Origin: an uncultured virus (IMG/VR IMGVR_UViG_2928819513_000009)
Taxonomy: Duplodnaviria; Heunggongvirae; Uroviricota; Caudoviricetes
DNA length: 20,000 nt
Virus record (IMG/VR): IMGVR_UViG_2928819513_000009
Span: 50,244 to 70,243 of that record
Direction: 5' to 3' (one strand)
Part shown: positions 16,492 through 20,000 of the stretch, piece by piece
Layout of the letters: each line of letters opens with the position of its first letter
How positions within the stretch are numbered: the first letter of the stretch is position 1
The notes under the pieces: model-generated
Seen by the model: the letters and a program-made list of their open reading frames with translations, nothing else
The model's database searches: none
Told to the model about the DNA's origin: nothing
Made by a program: the position numbers and the translations under genes

Positions 16492-17072
16492 TCTCGGAAT
16501 CGAACCAAGGGTGTGGTGCCCTTGAGGTACAGGGGGTGCTTGGGGCTGCCATCAGCGTTTGTCCCAAAGCACCACATCTCGACGCCGGACTCCTTCAGAA
16601 TCTGGACGGTCTCCTCACCGAAGACGGCTAAGGGGCGCGGCAGATTCCCCCAGCACGCCACCACCCTGTGCGCCGCTGTCGCTGCACTCAGGATCGCCGG
16701 CAGGTTTGCTCCAGACCGAGGCTCAACTCCTGCTCCGCTGAGGGATGCGGGATCGGTGGCGCGGAAGTCGCCGACGTTGGCCTTCACGAAACCAAGGTAG
16801 CCCTCGCGAACGGTGAACCCCCATTCCCGCCTGATGGTGGGATCGTTGAAGGCTGCATCTGCAGTGCTCGGGTTCATTCCGATCAGCAGCCAGTGGTGGG
16901 CGGGAAATTCATCACCGACCCATCGGCGGAGAATGTGGCGATAACGGCCGCAAGGGCTGAAGGCAGCGTCTCCGTGGAGACCGGGAGGGAGGGCCGTCTT
17001 CACCTTGCCGCCTGGCGCATGAAGCATGGCCGGCGTCGACGACGGGGCTGCGTCGAAGAGGTCGAGAGTCAT
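16488..17072 (-). CDS. DUF1643 family protein
   Basis: Motifs SPCGRYRHILRR, IGMNPSTADAAFNDPTIRR, RATDP, VVACWG and GSPKHPLYL. Confidence 0.85.
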   Translation of the reverse strand: MTLDLFDAAPSSTPAMLHAPGGKVKTALPPGLHGDAAFSPCGRYRHILRRWVGDEFPAHHWLLIGMNPSTADAAFNDPTIRREWGFTVREGYLGFVKANVGDFRATDPASLSGAGVEPRSGANLPAILSAATAAHRVVACWGNLPRPLAVFGEETVQILKESGVEMWCFGTNADGSPKHPLYLKGTTPLVRFRD

Positions 17073-17470
17073 TCCTTATCCCTCCCCTCCCCCGCCGTGG
17101 TCTCGGACAGGATCTCCCTCACAACTTCCGGCCGCTCCAGCATGACGGAAAGCACCGCGTCAGCTGCCCCCTGGTAGTTGGGCCAGTCGGCCGCGATCAA
17201 GTGAGCGTGCATGACGGCCCCACCCTCTCGATGCCGCAAGTCGCGATCCAGCCGGGCGAAGGCCTGGATGTGTCGAAATTTCCTCCACGCCTTCTCTACA
17301 CCGTGGACCTGCCGTGCGAGGGCGAGCAGCTCATCCAGCTCGGCAAGCTCTTCGTCGGTCATGCGCCCTTCCCCACCAGCGATGTCGAAGGCGCAGAGCG
17401 CGTGAGCAACGCGTTCCTGGAAGGTGATGGGGTGGCGTGGAGCTGCTTGGCCGAACGAGTCAGCCACCAT
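17069..17470 (-). CDS. Hypothetical phage protein (133 aa)
   Basis: Overlaps both neighbours in the minus-strand operon; no motif recognised. Confidence 0.65.
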   Translation of the reverse strand: MVADSFGQAAPRHPITFQERVAHALCAFDIAGGEGRMTDEELAELDELLALARQVHGVEKAWRKFRHIQAFARLDRDLRHREGGAVMHAHLIAADWPNYQGAADAVLSVMLERPEVVREILSETTAGEGRDKE

Positions 17471-18005
17471 GGATCGGCTCCAGCTTCAGGTGGTCGTTGG
17501 TCCCGTGCATCTGGACGCGGTTCCGAGCGAGCGCGTCCTCGCGGTTCAGACCGATCAGGCTTCCGACCTTGCGGCGGGCCGTAAGGCTGATAGCCCGGTA
17601 GACGGTCTCGGAATGCTCCAGGCTGTAGTCGGCCGCGGCCGACCACATGTCCGCGTCAGTCCATCGGCGCTCGGCTTCCCAGCGGATGACATAGACCTCT
17701 GACATGTTGAGGTGGGTGACCGGGAATGCGCCGCGAGACTTGGGAGCGGCGTCGCGATACTCGAACATCCCAGGCTCGCTGCGGATCGGGACGACCCTCC
17801 ACCATCCATGGACGATCATCCAGGGGGACACCACCGGTCGCCGGCCGTAGGGATCCCATAAGGAGTCGTCAGAGGCCGCGGCGTCGAGGAAGGCGCCGAC
17901 ATCGTGATGCCCTTTCGCCCAGAAGCCGAGCCACCCTCCCCCATCACCGCCGGCCTCGACCAACCGCTCGATGTCCATCTTCTCAACCGGCACGGCATCC
18001 TCCAT
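17460..18005 (-). CDS. Hypothetical phage protein (~177-181 aa)
   Basis: In the operon; start may be GTG at 17993 after GGAGG. No motif recognised. Confidence 0.6.
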   Translation of the reverse strand: MEDAVPVEKMDIERLVEAGGDGGGWLGFWAKGHHDVGAFLDAAASDDSLWDPYGRRPVVSPWMIVHGWWRVVPIRSEPGMFEYRDAAPKSRGAFPVTHLNMSEVYVIRWEAERRWTDADMWSAAADYSLEHSETVYRAISLTARRKVGSLIGLNREDALARNRVQMHGTNDHLKLEPIHGG

Positions 18006-18618
18006 CGATGTTGGCCTTGGTCACCCGAAACGTGAGGGCGACGACAGCCGGGTTGGCGTTCCAAGACTCCGCGCCATGGAGGGTGTCCCACAGCGCCATG
18101 AAGCCGGCGCGGTATGACCCCTTCCAGTCCGGATTGAAGGGGCGCTGGATTTTGGTCTGGCTGGTGTACTGGCCCGCACCCTCGGCGATGGCGTCCTCCT
18201 CGCTGATGTCGTGGAGGTGCTGATACCGAACCTCCTCAACGATCAGCGTCATCCTGCTGACCCAGCGGAACATGTGGATCGAGGGGCGCCAGCCTTTCTC
18301 GCTGCCCGACTCCAGGTCCCCCGCCCAGATCGACCATGCGCCCTCCCCGGCCGGGTACTTGGAGTAGTCGAAAGACGGCCCTGCCCCATAGTTCGGACCG
18401 TCATACTCCGGATACCAGCGATGAAAGTTCGCCCTGTAGCAGACACAAGGGCCGCGAGCGGAGTTGGCCGGACACCAAGCCTCACGAACCCATAGGCGGT
18501 CACCGGGTTTGGCCTTGGCGAGGGGGCTGCGAGCGAGGCGCCGCGTCTGCGTCTTCAGGCCAGCCCACAGGGAGCGGGCCATCTGGTCCGAGAAGATGAC
18601 GGAAAGGTCATTTTGCAT
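17983..18618 (-). CDS. ASCH/PUA-like phage protein (211 aa)
   Basis: Motifs GLKTQTRR, PGDRLWVRE, WRPSIHM..RMTLIVEEVR..LHDISEEDAIAEG and WNANPAV. Confidence 0.8.
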   Translation of the reverse strand: MQNDLSVIFSDQMARSLWAGLKTQTRRLARSPLAKAKPGDRLWVREAWCPANSARGPCVCYRANFHRWYPEYDGPNYGAGPSFDYSKYPAGEGAWSIWAGDLESGSEKGWRPSIHMFRWVSRMTLIVEEVRYQHLHDISEEDAIAEGAGQYTSQTKIQRPFNPDWKGSYRAGFMALWDTLHGAESWNANPAVVALTFRVTKANIDGGCRAG

Positions 18619-18826
18619 CCCGTGTCTCCTTGGGGCTGATGGGAGTTGAGAGCGCGCGCCGGCACTTCGAGCAGGTCACGGCTTCGGATCGGAGAGTCCA
18701 CGTAGCGCGGCTCAAGTCGATGGCACGCGGGGAGGTGAAGCACGCCGCCGAAACTCGACCATCCGGGGCGACCAGCTTGGCCATGTGGATGGTCTTCGAT
18801 CGGGTCTGAAAATCAGGCGGCATCAA
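18608..18826 (-). CDS. Small Cys/His-containing hypothetical protein (72 aa)
   Basis: H..C...VTCSKC putative Zn-binding pattern; overlaps both neighbours. Confidence 0.6.
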   Translation of the reverse strand: MMPPDFQTRSKTIHMAKLVAPDGRVSAACFTSPRAIDLSRATWTLRSEAVTCSKCRRALSTPISPKETRDAK

Positions 18827-19121
18827 TAATGCTCCTCACCATGCCGGGCAGTTCGGCCTTCAGGGCTGCCATCACGCGCTTTTCGAGTTCCTTGCGGGGG
18901 GCAGGCGGCTTGGGCGGGACCTTCAGCGGTTCGCCGTTGGCGGTCCGAACGTCGATCTGGCGGTAGAGTTCAGCGTAGAGCGCTTCGACCGCCTCGCCGT
19001 GCTCCTCCCACGCCGCCTCTGGCGCCGTCTTCCAGTTCGGATGATCTCTCAACCGGCGTTCGGTGACAGCCAGCGACAGGATGCGTTCCAGGTCGGCGCG
19101 CATGGGTGAGGGGTCATGCAC
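18813..19121 (-). CDS. Hypothetical protein (102 aa)
   Basis: Overlapping operon arrangement; helical protein. Confidence 0.6.
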   Translation of the reverse strand: MHDPSPMRADLERILSLAVTERRLRDHPNWKTAPEAAWEEHGEAVEALYAELYRQIDVRTANGEPLKVPPKPPAPRKELEKRVMAALKAELPGMVRSIIDAA

Positions 19122-19404
19122 GACACGCTTCCCTCGAAACGGTCAGCAGTTCCAGCCATGGTGCGATCGGCTCGGCCGGCTGGGCCTCGACGACGAAATC
19201 GCACTCGCCGCACTGGCACAGGTAATCCGGCTGGCAATGGCGACAGGCCTTCGTGTAGCGGACGCCGGTCCAGCCGTCGCGGAAGCCGTTGGCGAAGGTC
19301 ACCGCGAGATAGCGGTCACCGATTCGGATCGGATGGCCGCAGCGGTAGCAGTCGTGCTGCTTGTGGGCGGTGTGGAACACCTGGCGGAGAATAGTTGCCA
19401 TCAC
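19114..19404 (-). CDS. Cys-rich zinc-finger-like phage protein (96 aa)
   Basis: AHKQHDCYRCGHPIRIGDRY, CRHC and CQCGEC. SD GGAGGG upstream. Confidence 0.65.
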   Translation of the reverse strand: MMATILRQVFHTAHKQHDCYRCGHPIRIGDRYLAVTFANGFRDGWTGVRYTKACRHCQPDYLCQCGECDFVVEAQPAEPIAPWLELLTVSREACRA

Positions 19405-20000
19405 TCACCCTCCGTGGCGGGGCGCGCCTTCAAGGCGTCGGCTTGGCGCATGATTGACGACAGCAGCGCCATCATGCCGCTTGGATCTCTAAGCAGGACG
19501 TAGGCGCCATGGGCGGATTGGACCCGCCCCAACTCGGCCTTGATCAGCACGGCATCGTGGCGGATGTTGTCGGCATCCTCGGTGCGCGCCATCCGCCCGT
19601 CCGCCCTGGCGTTTGCTTCGGCGGCGCTGATTGCGGCGGCGATGATGGAAACGGCCTGGGGGTTCGCATGCCATTCGTCGAAGGAGTCGCCCTTAACGAG
19701 GATATGACCTTCTGGAAAGCCGACGCTTTTCGAAAGGGCGTCGATCAAATCGCGAGCTCGCAGCTCCGGGCTCGTCGGCAGGGAGGGCTGGGGCTGGCCA
19801 GTTACGGGCGCCCTCCCCAGCTTGTTGGTTTCCACGGTATCCAGAAGGCCGGCGGCGCGGGCTTTGGCGAGAATGTCGTCGGCCCTGATACCGAGATGCA
19901 GGAACCTGCGGGTCTGCATCGTAGGCAGCGCGGCGAGGGTGGTGACGATTTCGTCCAACGAGCAGGCTAGTTCCCGTGCCAGCAGTTTGTCGGTCGGGCC
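19401..20000 (-). CDS. Hypothetical phage protein, 5'-partial
   Basis: Reading frame is open from the window end (GPTDKLLARELACSLDEIV...). Stop overlaps the next gene's start. Confidence 0.6.
   Translation of the reverse strand, partial: GPTDKLLARELACSLDEIVTTLAALPTMQTRRFLHLGIRADDILAKARAAGLLDTVETNKLGRAPVTGQPQPSLPTSPELRARDLIDALSKSVGFPEGHILVKGDSFDEWHANPQAVSIIAAAISAAEANARADGRMARTEDADNIRHDAVLIKAELGRVQSAHGAYVLLRDPSGMMALLSSIMRQADALKARPATEGE

Larger units (their letters stand above)
1..20000. mobile_element. Segment of a phage-plasmid (plasmid prophage)
   Basis: Tail and lysis genes are contiguous with an iteron origin, repA, parA and a dif-like site, then phage accessory genes. No host housekeeping genes. 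Confidence 0.8.

Overview
High-GC DNA from a temperate tailed phage that appears to be maintained as a plasmid (phage-plasmid). The host is probably an alphaproteobacterium, based on a GAAC-N7-GAAC LexA box and sigma70-like promoters. Left half (+ strand): 3' part of a tape measure protein with a lytic transglycosylase domain, two tail-tip proteins, a tail fibre with a C-terminal F5/8 (discoidin)-like domain, then a lysis region (small ORF, DUF3380-type endolysin, Cys/His DUF6527-like protein, holin-like protein). No spanin is recognisable. Centre (about 10.9-16.5 kb): a compact plasmid-maintenance module. It has a XerCD dif-like site, a 26-aa hydrophobic peptide gene with type I toxin-antitoxin-like architecture (absent from the ORF track), SOS-boxed umuDC, and an origin with helically phased 17-bp iterons. 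It continues with a RepA_C (IncW/pBBR1-like) initiator, two more iterons, and a short ParA paired with a DUF3102-like protein where a ParB/ParG would normally be. Right end (- strand): a tightly packed phage accessory operon (DUF1643, ASCH-like, Cys-rich and hypothetical proteins). Family calls come from motif recognition by eye, not database searches.
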